DNA from: an uncultured delta proteobacterium
Lineage (GTDB): Bacteria > Desulfobacterota > Desulfuromonadia > Desulfuromonadales > JACZKF01
Assembly: GCA_963816395.1 (NCBI GenBank)
Contig: CAWFKQ010000016.1
Location: 192,001 to 256,000 of the forward strand
Direction of reading: 5' to 3'
Length of the DNA stretch: 64,000 nt
Below, piece after piece: positions 31,917 through 43,123 of the stretch. The stretch's first letter is position 1. Each line of letters begins with the position of its first letter. A model generated the notes under the pieces. That model was given only the letters and a program-made list of their open reading frames with translations. It had not been told where the DNA came from and searched no databases. Position numbers and translations under genes: made by a program.

Positions 31917-32483
31917 TCATTTCAACAAAGTGTGGTCCATAAGGATCTTCAGGCCGATGCCGCACAGCACCAGGCCACCGAAGACTTCGACCCGCTTTCC
32001 CCACAGGCCGCTAATACGGCGGCCAAGGAGCATTCCTGCCACTGTCAGGGCGCCGGCCACCAGTCCAATGACCAGTGAGGGCATCCAGATACTCACCCGG
32101 AGCATGGCTAAGGTCAGTCCGACGGCTAGGGCATCGATGCTTGTAGCCACCGAGAGCATGAGCAAAGACCAACCGCGAGTCGGATCGCTGGCGGAGGTTT
32201 CCTCCCCATCCTCGGCAAACGCCTCGTAGATCATCTTGACGCCGACGATGACCAGGAGTGCAAAGGCGACCCAGTGATCATAGGCGGCGATCCACTTCTG
32301 GACGGTAAGCCCGGCCAGCCAGCCGATAACCGGCATCAACGCCTGGAAGAGACCAAAATGGAACCCCAGCCGGAAGAGATGACGACCGTTCATCTCCGGC
32401 AGGGCGAGACCAGTGGCCAGAGCGACGGCAAAGGCATCCATGGCCAAGGCGACGGCAATGCTGAAAAGTGTGATCGGGTTCAT
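31917..32483 (-). CDS. mntP: Manganese efflux pump MntP family
   Basis: ALAMDAFAV, FGLFQALMP, ATSIDALAVG. Confidence 0.92.
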   Translation of the reverse strand: MNPITLFSIAVALAMDAFAVALATGLALPEMNGRHLFRLGFHFGLFQALMPVIGWLAGLTVQKWIAAYDHWVAFALLVIVGVKMIYEAFAEDGEETSASDPTRGWSLLMLSVATSIDALAVGLTLAMLRVSIWMPSLVIGLVAGALTVAGMLLGRRISGLWGKRVEVFGGLVLCGIGLKILMDHTLLK

Positions 32484-32547
32484 CGGTGCTGATCCGGAGG
32501 AGATTCCCCTCAATGGGTGATGGTGCGGTCGATTGGCGGGAGGCATA

Positions 32548-32576
32548 ATTCTCTGGCATGCGCGGACCGTTGTCAA
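32548..32576 (-). promoter_or_regulatory. sigma70-like promoter for mntP
   Basis: TTGACA-N17-GAGAAT. Confidence 0.5.
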
Positions 32577-32732
32577 CCCCCCGGAAATTCAGGAGAGGAA
32601 CCCGGACGGATTTACTGGATCAACTGCGATGGTCGGGCGGCAGGGGGCTCAGGCTACGAGAGCTGCGAAGGTGAACCGATTCGACGAACACCCTTCGACG
32701 GCAGATCGGGAGAGGGGTATCGAAAGGAGTAC

Positions 32733-33774
32733 CTATGCTTTCAGCAACAGCATCTCGGCGGAGAACCCCGGGCCGAACGCGGACAGCAGCCCATGCCCGG
32801 AATGCCGGGAGCGTTCGGAGGCAAGCCATTGCTCCAGGACGAACAGCACCGAAGCGGAAGAGATATTCCCGTGGTCCCGCAGCATGGCCTCGGTCAGGGC
32901 CAGTTCGTCCCTGGCGAGTCCGAGAGCCTGCCGATAGGCATCGATCACCTTGGCGCCGCCGGGGTGGGTGATGTAATGGACGATCACCTCCAGGCCCATC
33001 CCCTGCGCCTGGAGGAAGCCGGCAACGAGATCCGGCAGTTCCCGCTTGATCACCGCCGGGAGTTTGGGAGAAAGGACGAGTTCCATCCCGTGGTCGCCGA
33101 ACTCCCAGCCCATGATGCCGTAGCTGTCGGGGAACAGGTGCGAGCGGGTCGCCACGATGCGCGGCCCCGCCCCGGCAGCTTCGCTCCCGGCGACCAGGGC
33201 GGCGGCGGCGCCATAGGCGAAAATGGCGGCAGCCACCATGTTCTTCTTCGAAAGATCGCCCGCCAGGAACGTCAGGCTGCAGCATTCGAGTGTGGGGACC
33301 AGCGCCCGCGCCCGGGTATGGGCCGACAGAAATCGAAAGCGCGGGCGAGCCCTGCCGCGCCGCCGGCGCAGCCGAGTCCCCAGATCGGCAGGCGGGTGGT
33401 GGTGGGCGGCAGTCCCAGCTCATTGATCAGGCGGGCATCCAGGGAAGGTGTCGCGTGGCCGGTGGAGGAGACACAGATCACGTGATCGACCCCGCGCCAT
33501 TCCGGCCCGATCGAGGCATAAAGCGGCCCGGGCCAGCAGTGCCAATCCGTCCAAGGTAGACCCGTCTCCGCTCCGGCGGAGAACGTGGCACCGGATACCA
33601 CGCCAGGGGACGAATGAAGTGCTGCTGCTCGATCCGGGAATGGTCGAAGACTGCCAGCAGGCGATCGACATCGGGGAGGCGGCCGGAAAAAACGGCCGCC
33701 GCCGCCTGGCGGATCTGCTGCTGGGAGGCAGAATACGGCGGTAACGCCGTGGCTGCGGCGACAATTCTGGGCAC
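32733..33774 (-). CDS. Type III polyketide synthase (chalcone/stilbene synthase family), several frameshifts, possibly a pseudogene
   Basis: GLGCAGG (Cys), HPGG (His), GNISSAS (Asn), FGPGFSAE. Confidence 0.82.
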
Positions 33775-34299
33775 TTTTCCCTCAAGGAAATTCCAGGCTC
33801 TGGCAGCAACGCCGCGTGAAAGCCCAGGTTTTAAGTCCTGCCGGGCGGGCCGGAACAGTCGGTGTCCATCCATATCAGCCACAGGCCCGCGAACATTTTT
33901 CATCCCTTCGGTCATGTTTATGAAACCATTATAACTGGATGTCCGGCAACCACACTTTCCCGGCTGAGATTTTCCTTCGAACCAAGGCGCCCCCCCGTAT
34001 GGTAGCTCCGGTAGACGGCACCATCCGAAAACCCCTGCCGCCGCGGCCGCAATCCCTTTTCTCCGAATCTGTAAATTTCCTTCCTTGTGCTTCGAAGCCC
34101 ATCATTCCGGGCTCCCTTCTGAGGAAAACAAAAGGCTCCAGGTTTTTGCTCTCCCTTGGCTATATCCCTAATTTTTCTCGAGATATATGCCTATGGCCTT
34201 TTCATTCAGGAAAGAAAAAAATTCCTTTCACTATTTGAATAGCCGTATCGGAAACTGCCTCGTACTCGAACACGCGCATTGAACCAGAAGCGCAAACGG

Positions 34300-34589
34300 A
34301 GCATTCAATATAAAGCACACCTCAACTTTCTTCCATCGGACAGAGGAGGAAAGAATTGATTGCCTCGGAAAACCTGGTTGCTGAACTTGTTTGTTATAAG
34401 CCGGGGCAGGCAACGGTTTAGGATCTCCATCCCCGCCAGGACGAAATGTTTTACGTCATTGAGGGGGCAGGAACCATCCTGGTTGACGAGCGAGAAGTGC
34501 GGGTGTCGCCGGGCAGCGTTGTTTTCGTTCCGGCAGGGGTGCGCCACGGGATCGGCGCCGATGCGGGGAGTCGGCTGGCGCTGATGTAG
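34300..34589 (+). pseudogene. Cupin-domain pseudogene
   Basis: ELVCYKPGQATV*DLHPRQDEMFYVIEGAG..VFVPAGVRHGI..LALM*; in-frame TAG at 34419 and no clear start. Confidence 0.7.
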
Positions 34590-34703
34590 TTAAAGGTGCG
34601 GGCTCTACGGGCATTTCCTCCTAACTGACCACGTAGATCTCATCCATAATCTTTTCTCCCGCTGCCGATCTATGGCCGTATCGGTTCGCACCCCTCCGTC
34701 GCT

Positions 34704-34782
34704 GGATGAGAAGCAGTGCGGTTCTTCCGGTCCGGCCGGCGGCCGGTGGTGCAGCGGCAGATAGAAACGGAAAGTTGCGCCG
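34704..34782. repeat. Duplicate of the kinase gene 3' end, direct repeat copy A
   Basis: 71/79 identical to 36853-36931 by hand alignment. Confidence 0.9.
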
Positions 34783-34804
34783 TCAGGAGGGAAAAATCCG
34801 AATT

Positions 34805-35827
34805 TCAAACGATCGGCCAGGGATAAAGGTCGTGCATCCGGGCGTGCAGCCTGGCAAGGCCGAGCAATACGTCGATATTCGGAGTCTTCTCGCCCACCTT
34901 TTCGCCGATCTCGCGCACCGCCGTTACCAGGGCATCGATTTCGACGGGCCGGCCTCCTTCGACATCCTGGAGCATAGAGGTTTTAAAGGCCCCCATTCGA
35001 CGGGTGACGGCATTGCGCTCCTCCCCGCTCTGACTGATCACGCAACCGATTTTTTCGCCGATCCGCGCCGCCTCCGCCATGACGTCCAGGCAAAAACGGT
35101 TGACCAGCGGATCATCGAGGATCCTGTCGCAGGTGGCGCCGGTAATGGCGGAGACCGGGTTCATCGTCATATTGCCCCAGAGTTTGAACCAGATATCCGT
35201 TTGGATCTTTTCGGAGATAACCGCTTCCATCCCCGCCCCTGCCAGGAGGGCGCGCAAGACGTTCAGTCGCTGCGAAAGCCCTCCGGCGGGTTCTCCAATA
35301 ATCAGTTTTTTGCCGAAACCGTGCTTGACGAACCCCGGCTCAGTCAGGGAAAAACTGCCATGGACCACCCCCCCCACGATATGTCGGGAAGGAATGGCCG
35401 CGGCAATGAACCCATCGGGGTCAACGGATTCGAGACGCAGGCCGGAATAGGGACCTCCGAAGCCGTCGAAAAACCACCAGGGCACCCCGTTCATAGCCGT
35501 CAGAACGGTCGTTTCCGGTCCGATCAGAGGGGCAATCCTTTGGGCCACCTGGGCCATGGCGGGAGACTTCACGGCCACGATGACCAGGTCCTGGACGCCG
35601 AGGGTTTCCGGATCGGCTGTCACGCCGATCCTCTGAACGATCAGTTCCTCGCCGGTTTGCAGCCGCAGACCGTTTTTCTGCAGGGCATCCAGCGTCGCCC
35701 CCCTCGCCACCGCGCTTACCTCGCATCCCTCCCGGGCAAGCAGTGCCCCGATGAACCCGCCGACCGCGCCGGCGCCATAGATAGTAATTTTCCGCACATT
35801 CTTCTCCTTGGGATTTGAGTTGTCCAT
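34805..35827 (-). CDS. panE: 2-dehydropantoate 2-reductase family protein
   Basis: GAGAVGG, AMNGVPWWFF, WFKLWGN, SMLQD..EID. Confidence 0.88.
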   Translation of the reverse strand: MDNSNPKEKNVRKITIYGAGAVGGFIGALLAREGCEVSAVARGATLDALQKNGLRLQTGEELIVQRIGVTADPETLGVQDLVIVAVKSPAMAQVAQRIAPLIGPETTVLTAMNGVPWWFFDGFGGPYSGLRLESVDPDGFIAAAIPSRHIVGGVVHGSFSLTEPGFVKHGFGKKLIIGEPAGGLSQRLNVLRALLAGAGMEAVISEKIQTDIWFKLWGNMTMNPVSAITGATCDRILDDPLVNRFCLDVMAEAARIGEKIGCVISQSGEERNAVTRRMGAFKTSMLQDVEGGRPVEIDALVTAVREIGEKVGEKTPNIDVLLGLARLHARMHDLYPWPIV

Positions 35828-35860
35828 GACCGCAGGCCTCAGGGGGCCCCCTGCCCCCTC

Positions 35861-36676
35861 TCAGCCGATAACGTCCGCCCAGGTCTTCCCTTCGAGAAAG
35901 CTGCCGGCGACATTCGCCTCCATCTCCCCCAGCCGGCGGAAAGGAACGGTGAAGGTCATCTTGTCGCTCGCCTTCTGCCCTTTGAGATAATTACGGGCGG
36001 AGATATCGGTCAGCCCGATGAGGCAGCGGGGGTTGTCCGACCGCGCCTCTCGATAAGACATTATCCCGACGACCTGACAGGCGGCGACATAAGGGACGGC
36101 CACGTTCTCCAGCCCTTGCCGGTCGTAGTTGGCAAGGATCACCAGCGCCGACAGCTGGTCCGGGTTGACCAGAAACGACACCGAAACCGGGGCATCCTTC
36201 TCCGGGTCTACCTCGGAGAGGGGCTTCATTGCCACATATTTCGTCGGGACATCCGCCATCGGCAGGGCGTGCACGAACTTCTCCACCAGTTCGGGCGACT
36301 TCTTGTATTTCTCCCCATGCAGGAAGTGGTCGACGAAATCCTCCCGGGCGCCGGCCGCCCGCATCCCCTCGCCGATCGCTCTGCCGGCCGGATCGGCTTC
36401 GTTCCCATTGGCGAGAAAGCGGCAGAAGCCGGGGATGCCGCCGGGGAAGGATTGGTATTGGTTGCCGAAACCGAGGCCTACCCCTCCCCCCTGGCAGCCG
36501 AAGGACTCCCGGTCGAAAACAACGGTCCGCCCCCGGGTGGCCGCCGAAAACATGAACATCACGCACCCCCACGCACCTTGGGCAAACTGCCCGGCCCCTG
36601 CCGGTTTCTCGTCCGTGAACAGGACCGCCACCGGCTCGGTCTTCAGCTTCAATGCTTTCGCGATTGCGCTTTCCAT
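35861..36676 (-). CDS. DUF169-like protein
   Basis: LKLKTEPVAV..GC..GCQGG..PDQLSALVILANY..GLTDISAR. Confidence 0.7.
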   Translation of the reverse strand: MESAIAKALKLKTEPVAVLFTDEKPAGAGQFAQGAWGCVMFMFSAATRGRTVVFDRESFGCQGGGVGLGFGNQYQSFPGGIPGFCRFLANGNEADPAGRAIGEGMRAAGAREDFVDHFLHGEKYKKSPELVEKFVHALPMADVPTKYVAMKPLSEVDPEKDAPVSVSFLVNPDQLSALVILANYDRQGLENVAVPYVAACQVVGIMSYREARSDNPRCLIGLTDISARNYLKGQKASDKMTFTVPFRRLGEMEANVAGSFLEGKTWADVIG

Positions 36677-36843
36677 GCTTCCTCCTCTCGGTTCAAGACG
36701 CCTCTGATCGCCGAAGTCGAATTTACTAAAACGCTGCAGAGAATTCAACCCTGGTCGTGCAGCAAAGAGGGCGAAAAGAAGAGGACCTTGCACTCTCAGG
36801 AAGGCAGATCTCAGCGGCCGGCTGTCGCCGCCGGCGGTTTCCT

Positions 36844-38369
36844 TTAGCTGCCGGATGAGAAGCAATGCGGTTCTTCCGGTTCAACCGGCGGCCGGTGGTG
36901 CAGTGGCAAATCGAAGCGGAAAGTTGCGCCGCCGCCCGGGGTGTCCTCCACCTTGATCCGGCCGCCGTAGAGGCGCACGACCTTGCGCACGATCGCCAGG
37001 CCGATCCCTGTTCCCTGCTGACTGCGGTTGGCGGCGGCGCGGTAGAAGGGATCGAAAATGCGCTGGCGCTCCGCGGCCGGGATGCCCGGACCGTGGTCGC
37101 GGACGAACAGGCGTGCCCGCTCGACGCCGGCAGTGCCACCCACTTCGATGTGGGCGCCGGGGCCGCCGGCGTAGCGCAGGGCATTGCCGATCAGGTTGGC
37201 AAAAACCTGGAACAGGAGGGTTTCCGGGATAGACAGGGGGGGGAGGGAACGGATCTCCACGGTCACTTGCTCCTGCTCGATCCGTTCGGCGAATTCCTCC
37301 AGCACCTCCCTGATCACCGCCGCGGTGTCTACCGGCGTTTCGGGGTACTGCGGATGGCCGACGCGGGCCAGCACGAGCAGGTCCTCCAGCAGGTTGAGCA
37401 GGCGCTGCCCCTGTTTTTCAATTTCACCGATCATCTCAAGGGCGCTTGCCTCGATTCGGGTGCCGTATTCCTCGCGGAGAAAGTCGGCGTAGGCAATGAT
37501 CGGAGTGAGCAGGTGTGCGCAGATCGTGGGCGACGGTAGAGACGAAGGCGTCGAGTTCACGATTGATTTCCCGCAGCTTCTCCTCGGCTTCCCTTGAGTT
37601 CGGTGACATCGCGGAAGACCGCCAGTTTCAGCATCGAGCCATCCGGGCTCGCGGGGGGAATGGAGGGATATCGTAGAGGCGGCCGGTGGCCGCCAGCGTC
37701 TGTTCCTGCCGGCATGCTTCCTCGGCCACGATGCGCTGCAGAGGGCATGGTTCGCAGGGGGCGGAACTGCCGTAGAAAGCCTGATGGCAGGTTTCGGCCG
37801 GTGCGGTCGCCAAAGGCGGCGACGCATGGCGCGATTCATGAAGACAATTCGGCGGTCGCTTGAGCAGATGTAGGCGCAGATCGGCCATGGCGTCGAGGAG
37901 GGTGCGCAGCTGTGTCCGCTCTGCTTCCAACTCGGCGGTACGCCGGTGCACGGTTTCCTCCAGGTCGGCCGCCTGGCGGCGCAGTTCCTCCTCGAGGGCG
38001 GCCTGATGGCTGAGGTCGATGAACGACTCCACACCGCCGACCACGGCGCCGGTGGCATCGCGCAGGTAATCGATATTCTTCAGCAGGGTAATCCGGCGGC
38101 CGTCTGGCCGTCTGAACCGTGCAGGTGGCGCCGATAACCGGCTTCGGCAGGTCCTTCTCGAACAGGCCGCAACCCGAGCCGCAGGGGATCCCGGCGAGGA
38201 AGGAACAGTGCCGGCCCACCGCCTCGGCGGCCGAATAGCCGGTTATCCGCTCGGCTTCCCGGTTCCAGTATACGATGCGCTGCTGTCGATCCACCAGGAA
38301 CAGTCCGCTCGGAATGGTGCTCAGGACCTGATCCAGGGGGAGGGCGGCAAGCAGAGGCGGCATTTTCAT
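36844..38369 (-). CDS. PAS-PAS histidine kinase, frameshifted
   Basis: Two Cys-rich PAS domains, NLIGNALRY, DHGPGI, GTGIGLAI. Confidence 0.85.
36853..36931. repeat. Direct repeat copy B, within the kinase 3' end
   Basis: Matches 34704-34782. Confidence 0.9.
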
Positions 38370-39225
38370 CCGGCATTTTTCACCCGTGTTATGGCCTTTT
38401 CGGAATTATCCCCGATCCGGCGGTTGTTTGTCAAAACGGCCGGCTTTACCCGATTCAGATCTGCTGCTGATCTCCGCGGGCGGCCCGTCCCAGGACCGCT
38501 ACCCCGATCTCGCCGGCACCTCCCTCCAGCAGCACCCGGCAGCATGTTTCGGCGGTCGCGCCGGTGGTCAGAACGTCGTCGATCAGCAGCACCCGCACGT
38601 CCTTTACCGGCGCGCGCAGGGCGAAGGCGCCGCGCAGGTTCTGCCGCCGAGCCTCGGCGTTCAATCCCTGCTGGGGCGCGGTTGCCCGGCAGCGCACGCA
38701 GCAGCCGCGAAGCGACCGGCAGCCGCCATTGCCGTGCCAGCCGCCGGGCCAGCAGCAGGGCCTGGTTGTAGGTGCGCTGCCGCAACCGGCCCGGGTGCAG
38801 CGGTACCGGCACCAGCAGGTCGGGGCGAAAACCTGGGCGCTCGCTCAGTACCGCTGCCGCCAGCAGAGTCGCCGAGGGCGCGGTCAAGGCCGATGACGCC
38901 TCGGTATTTGAATCGGTGCACCGCTTCGCGCAGGGTGCTCGCCGATAACTGGCCGGCGGCCACCACCCAGGAGAAGGCGGGGGTATGCCGCAGGCAGCGC
39001 TCGCATAAGATGGTCGGTACCGTTTTCGGTGGGGTAGGGGAGGGCGCAGCGCGGGCAGCGGGGTGAGCTAATCGGATCGAATGCCGCCCAGGCAGCTGCC
39101 GGCAGAGAGGCTCGGGACGAGGTAGGGGGACAAATTCGGTGCCGCATAGCGGGCAGGCGGGAGGAAGGAAGAAGATCGAGCAGTGCGCCGATTTCCTGCT
39201 GCGAAGCGTCGTCCAGCAACGGCAT
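38366..39225 (-). CDS. comF: ComF family phosphoribosyltransferase-like protein, frameshifted
   Basis: CPRC zinc ribbon, VPVPLH..R.YNQA, LLIDDVLTTGAT. Confidence 0.85.
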
Positions 39226-39268
39226 GTCTCTCCCTCCCGATCCGGCGCGCGGCCGGGAACTGAACCGG

Positions 39269-40839
39269 CTATTCGGTTGCCAGCAGGCAGCGGCCGGTCA
39301 TCTCCGACCGGCTGTGTGCAGCCCCATCAGGGCGAGAATGGTCGGTGCGAGGTCGGCAAGGATCCCCTGGCGCAGCGGACTGCCCGCGGTGCTCCGGATC
39401 GACCAGAATGCAGGGGAACCGGATTGGTGCTGTGGGCGGTCTGGACATCCCCCTGCGTCGTCGAGCATCTGTTCGCAGTTGCCGTGGTCGGCGGTTATCA
39501 GCAAGACTGCCGCCGGCGGCGAGAACGGCGTCCACCACCCGGCCGACGCAGGCGTCGACGGTCTCCATGGCAGCGATGGCCGCCGGCAGGATGCCCGGTA
39601 TGACCCACCATGTCCGGATTGGCGTAATTGAGGACGATGAAATCGAACAGCCCTTGTTCCAATCCGCTTCGACCAGCTCGATCGGTCACCTCCGGAGCGC
39701 TCATCTCGGGTTTCTTGTCGTAGGTCGCCACTTCCTGGGGGGAAGGGAGCGGCATCCATTGCCCCTCGCCGGGGAAGGGGATCTCGCTGCCGCCGTTGAA
39801 GAAAAAGGTGACATGCGCGTATTTTTCCGTTTCCGCAAAGCGCAACTGGTTCAGACCTGCCTCGACGACAACTTCCCCCAGAAATCCGGGGGTGGGACTT
39901 CCGGGGGAAACCGATCGGAAGAACGAAGGTTTCGTCGTATTCGCTCAAACAGACGAAACCCGTAAGGGCCGGGAAAGCGGTGCCGGGAGAACCGAGAAAT
40001 CCGGTTCGGTCAACGCCCCGGTGAGCTCCCGGGCACGGTCGGAACGGAAGTTGAAGAAGACGACTCCGTCGCCGTCCTCGATCGTCGTGGAGGGGAGGAG
40101 CCTGGCGCGGACGATCCTCGGTTCGACGAATTCGTCGTTCTGGTCTGCGGCATAGGCGGCGGGCAATCGCCTCTTTGCTCGGAGGAAAAAACCATTCCCT
40201 TCGCCGAGGGTCAGGGTCCGCCAGGCCCGTTCGACCCGAATCCCAGCGGTTGTCGCGGTCCATGGCGGAAAAGAGCCCCAGGTCAACGTCGCCACCCGCC
40301 CGAGGTTGAGGTCTGCGGAAAGACGGGCCTCGAGTACTCTCCAGATAGCCGGCACCGCTTCTTCGGCGGGGTGTCACGGTAGTCGAGAAAGGCGTGAATG
40401 CAGACATCGGTCAGATCATGACGGCGGGCGAGTTCCACCAGGGCGTAGAGGTGGGTGTTGTGGGAGTGGACCCCCCCGTCGGAGAGGAGCCCCATCAGAT
40501 GAAGTTTCCCGCCCCCCTTGCGGGTCTCGTCCATGACCTTGGTGAAGGCGGGATTGGCAAAAAAATCGCCTTCCTCGATGCTCCTGGTGATCCGCGTCAG
40601 GTCCTGGTAGATGATGCGTCCGCTGCCGATGTTGAGGTGGCCAACCTGCCAGTTCCCCATCTGCGGTTGCAGCGGGCAGGCCGGGGTAGAGAGTGCGGCG
40701 CTGAGGGTCGTCGTCGGGTAATCGCGAAGGAGAGATTCCCGGAGGTGCGGGGTATCGAGCCTGGCAGACGGCGTTGTCGTAGCAGGGAATCGTTGATACC
40801 CCAGCCGTCGGGGATCACCAGGGCGACGGGATGCTTCAC
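39269..40839 (-). CDS. gpmI: 2,3-bisphosphoglycerate-independent phosphoglycerate mutase, heavily frameshifted
   Basis: [54 protein letters not shown]. Confidence 0.92.
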
Positions 40840-42216
40840 TAACTCGTTCCATGCTTCCCTCTCGCCGTGGTGTATCTCGCGGACCTCGAGGGGCCGGGCG
40901 TTGCGGATCGTATTGCGGTCGGCGAGGCTGTAGCTCCCCCAGGTGCCGCACTCCTGACAGCGGCTCTGCCATTGGGGGAGGGCGTTCGCCGCAGGGATTC
41001 GCAGACATAGCCGAGAGGGAGGCGGTTGTTAGCGCCGAGGGCCTTCTTGTATTCCTTAATCGCTTCATCGGTGCGGCGGCGGCGCCGGTGAGCCTCGGCC
41101 AGCAGGAGGGGGTGAACTAAGGGGAATTTCGATGCCGGTGCTTTCTACGGCATAAAGCTGTTCCAGGGCCTCGTCGACCATTTCCAGCCGCAAGCAGAGT
41201 TTACCAAAGAACAGCCGCAACATCAGGTCGTCCCCTTTTTCCAGCAGGGCGAGCGATAGAAGGCGAGCAGGGTGGCGGGATCTTCCGCTTCCATGTAAAG
41301 GTCTTCCAGGCGGGAGAGAAAGATGCTCTTGCCGAGCTCTTGTAGCCTTCCTGCCAGATCCCGGCGGCATTTTGCGGCGCGCTGCTGCGCCCGGTAGGCA
41401 TCGCCCAGGGACACCCGGGCCGGGGTGAAATCGGGGGCCTGCTTGATGATGTCCTTGAACTCGGGTTTTGCCTGGTCGATATTTCCCTCGGCAAGCGACT
41501 GGCGGGCAACCTCGTAGCGCAGGTAGAGAAGCTTCTTCTTCTCTTCCTCCAGGCGCCGGGTGCCGGCGGCCGCCTTGATCAGCCTCTTCTGCAATTCCAG
41601 GGCTTCTTTCCAGCGATCGTGGCGGATGTGCAGGTCGCGCAGGCTGCGCAGCGCCTTGCGATTATCGCTTTCGATGGCCAGGATTTCCTGGTAGGTGCGG
41701 GCGGCATCTTCATCACGACCGCTTTCCTCGAAAGTGGCCGCCAGCTTGAACAGGACCTCCAGACTGCGCGGTCGAGGCTCTTCGCCTGAGCAGCAGGCTG
41801 ATCCCCTCCTGCGCTTCCCCTTCCTGAATACGGACGTTGGCCATGGCGATGTAGGTCTCTACCCGCGAGGGATCCCGGTCGAGAGCTTTCTGCAGCAGGG
41901 AATGGGCCTTCTTGATGTCGCCGGAAAGGAGCCGCAGGACCCCTTCCCGGTAGATGCCGGCGGTCTCCCGGTTCTTCTTCTCCTCCCGATCACGTTTCCA
42001 GTGCCTGACCAGGTGGCTGGCATGCTGTAGAGATGGGCAAGGTAGCCGAGGACCAGCCCGACCACGACGCAGCCGACGACCAGGATCCCCACGGAGAAGG
42101 TAAACTGGTGGTCCGGCAGGTATATAGAGGGTGACATCCTGCGGGTTCAGACCGGAGAAATAAAGAAAGGAGACCAGAAATAGAATAATGAGCAGCAAAA
42201 ATGCCATCACAGTCAT
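40838..42216 (-). CDS. LapA/LapB-like TM-TPR-zinc ribbon protein, heavily frameshifted
   Basis: Two N-terminal TM helices, TPR helices, C-terminal YVCES..WQSRCQECGTW. Confidence 0.7.
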
Positions 42217-42267
42217 CGTGTTCTCCCGGGCATAGGCCCCGAATCGCAGTCAAAATGTACAGAAAGG

Positions 42268-42620
42268 CTATTCGCCGAATTTTTCCACTTCGGTCTTGCA
42301 TCGACACAGTAGCGGGAGAAGGGGCGCACTTGCAGGCGTCGGGGCTCGATCTGCTCCTCGCAGCGCAGGCAGATGCCGTATTCGCCACGGGCCATACGTT
42401 CGAGGGCGGCATCGATGTCGCGGATCTTGCGCCGCTGCCCTTCGTTCAGATTGAGCAGGACGTCCCGGCTGTAGGTATTCGCCGACATGTCGCCGATATC
42501 GGGAACGCCGTCCTGCCCAAGTTCCAGGGATGCGGCCAGGGAATCGTTAACCTCCTGCAGTACTTCTTTGCGCATCCGCAGCAGGCACTCCCTGGCCTCA
42601 GTCAACTGTACTTCTTCCAT
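42268..42620 (-). CDS. TraR/DksA C4 zinc-finger protein
   Basis: DIGDMS, YGICLRCEEQI..RL..P..YCVD; frameshift at the last Cys. Confidence 0.9.
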
Positions 42621-42650
42621 GCATGCCCTCCTTGAATGCCAGACCGGCGG

Positions 42651-43123
42651 TCAGCGGTTATGATAGGGTTCATTGCGCAGAATGGTCAGGCCCCGGTAGA
42701 TCTGCTCGAGAAGCAGCAGGCGGGCCATCAGGTGCGTCAGGGTCATGGAGGAGAGGGAAAGGAGCAGGTCTCCCCTTTTTTTGACCGCGTCGCTGAGCCC
42801 GTACGCGCCTCCGATGACCAGAGCCAATTCCGGCGTGCCCTGGACCATGTGCCGGCCCAGCAGCGCAGAGAAGGTTTCAGAGGTAAAGGCCTCCCCCGTT
42901 CATCGAGAACCAGGGCGAGAGCCGCCGCCGGGATCTTCTCCAGGATGCGGGTTCCCTCTCGCTCCCGGATCTGGCGGAGATCGCCCTTTTTCCCGCCGTC
43001 GGCCTCCTTGAGCTCGACCGTATCCAGCGGGAGGTAACGCCGGATGCGCCCGGCATATTCCTCGATCCCCTGCCGCAGCCAGGAATCGCCGATTCGGCCG
43101 ACGCAGATCAGGCGCAGCCTCAC
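42651..43123 (-). CDS. rlmH: 23S rRNA m3-pseudouridine-1915 methyltransferase, frameshifted
   Basis: LDERG, IGGAYG, LSSMTLTH..LLEQIYRG..PYH. Confidence 0.94.

Noticed and set aside
34419..34589. Pyrrolysine or amber recoding in the cupin
   Set aside because: The start is missing, the metal motif is damaged, TAG is a normal stop elsewhere in the window, and no pyl genes are seen.
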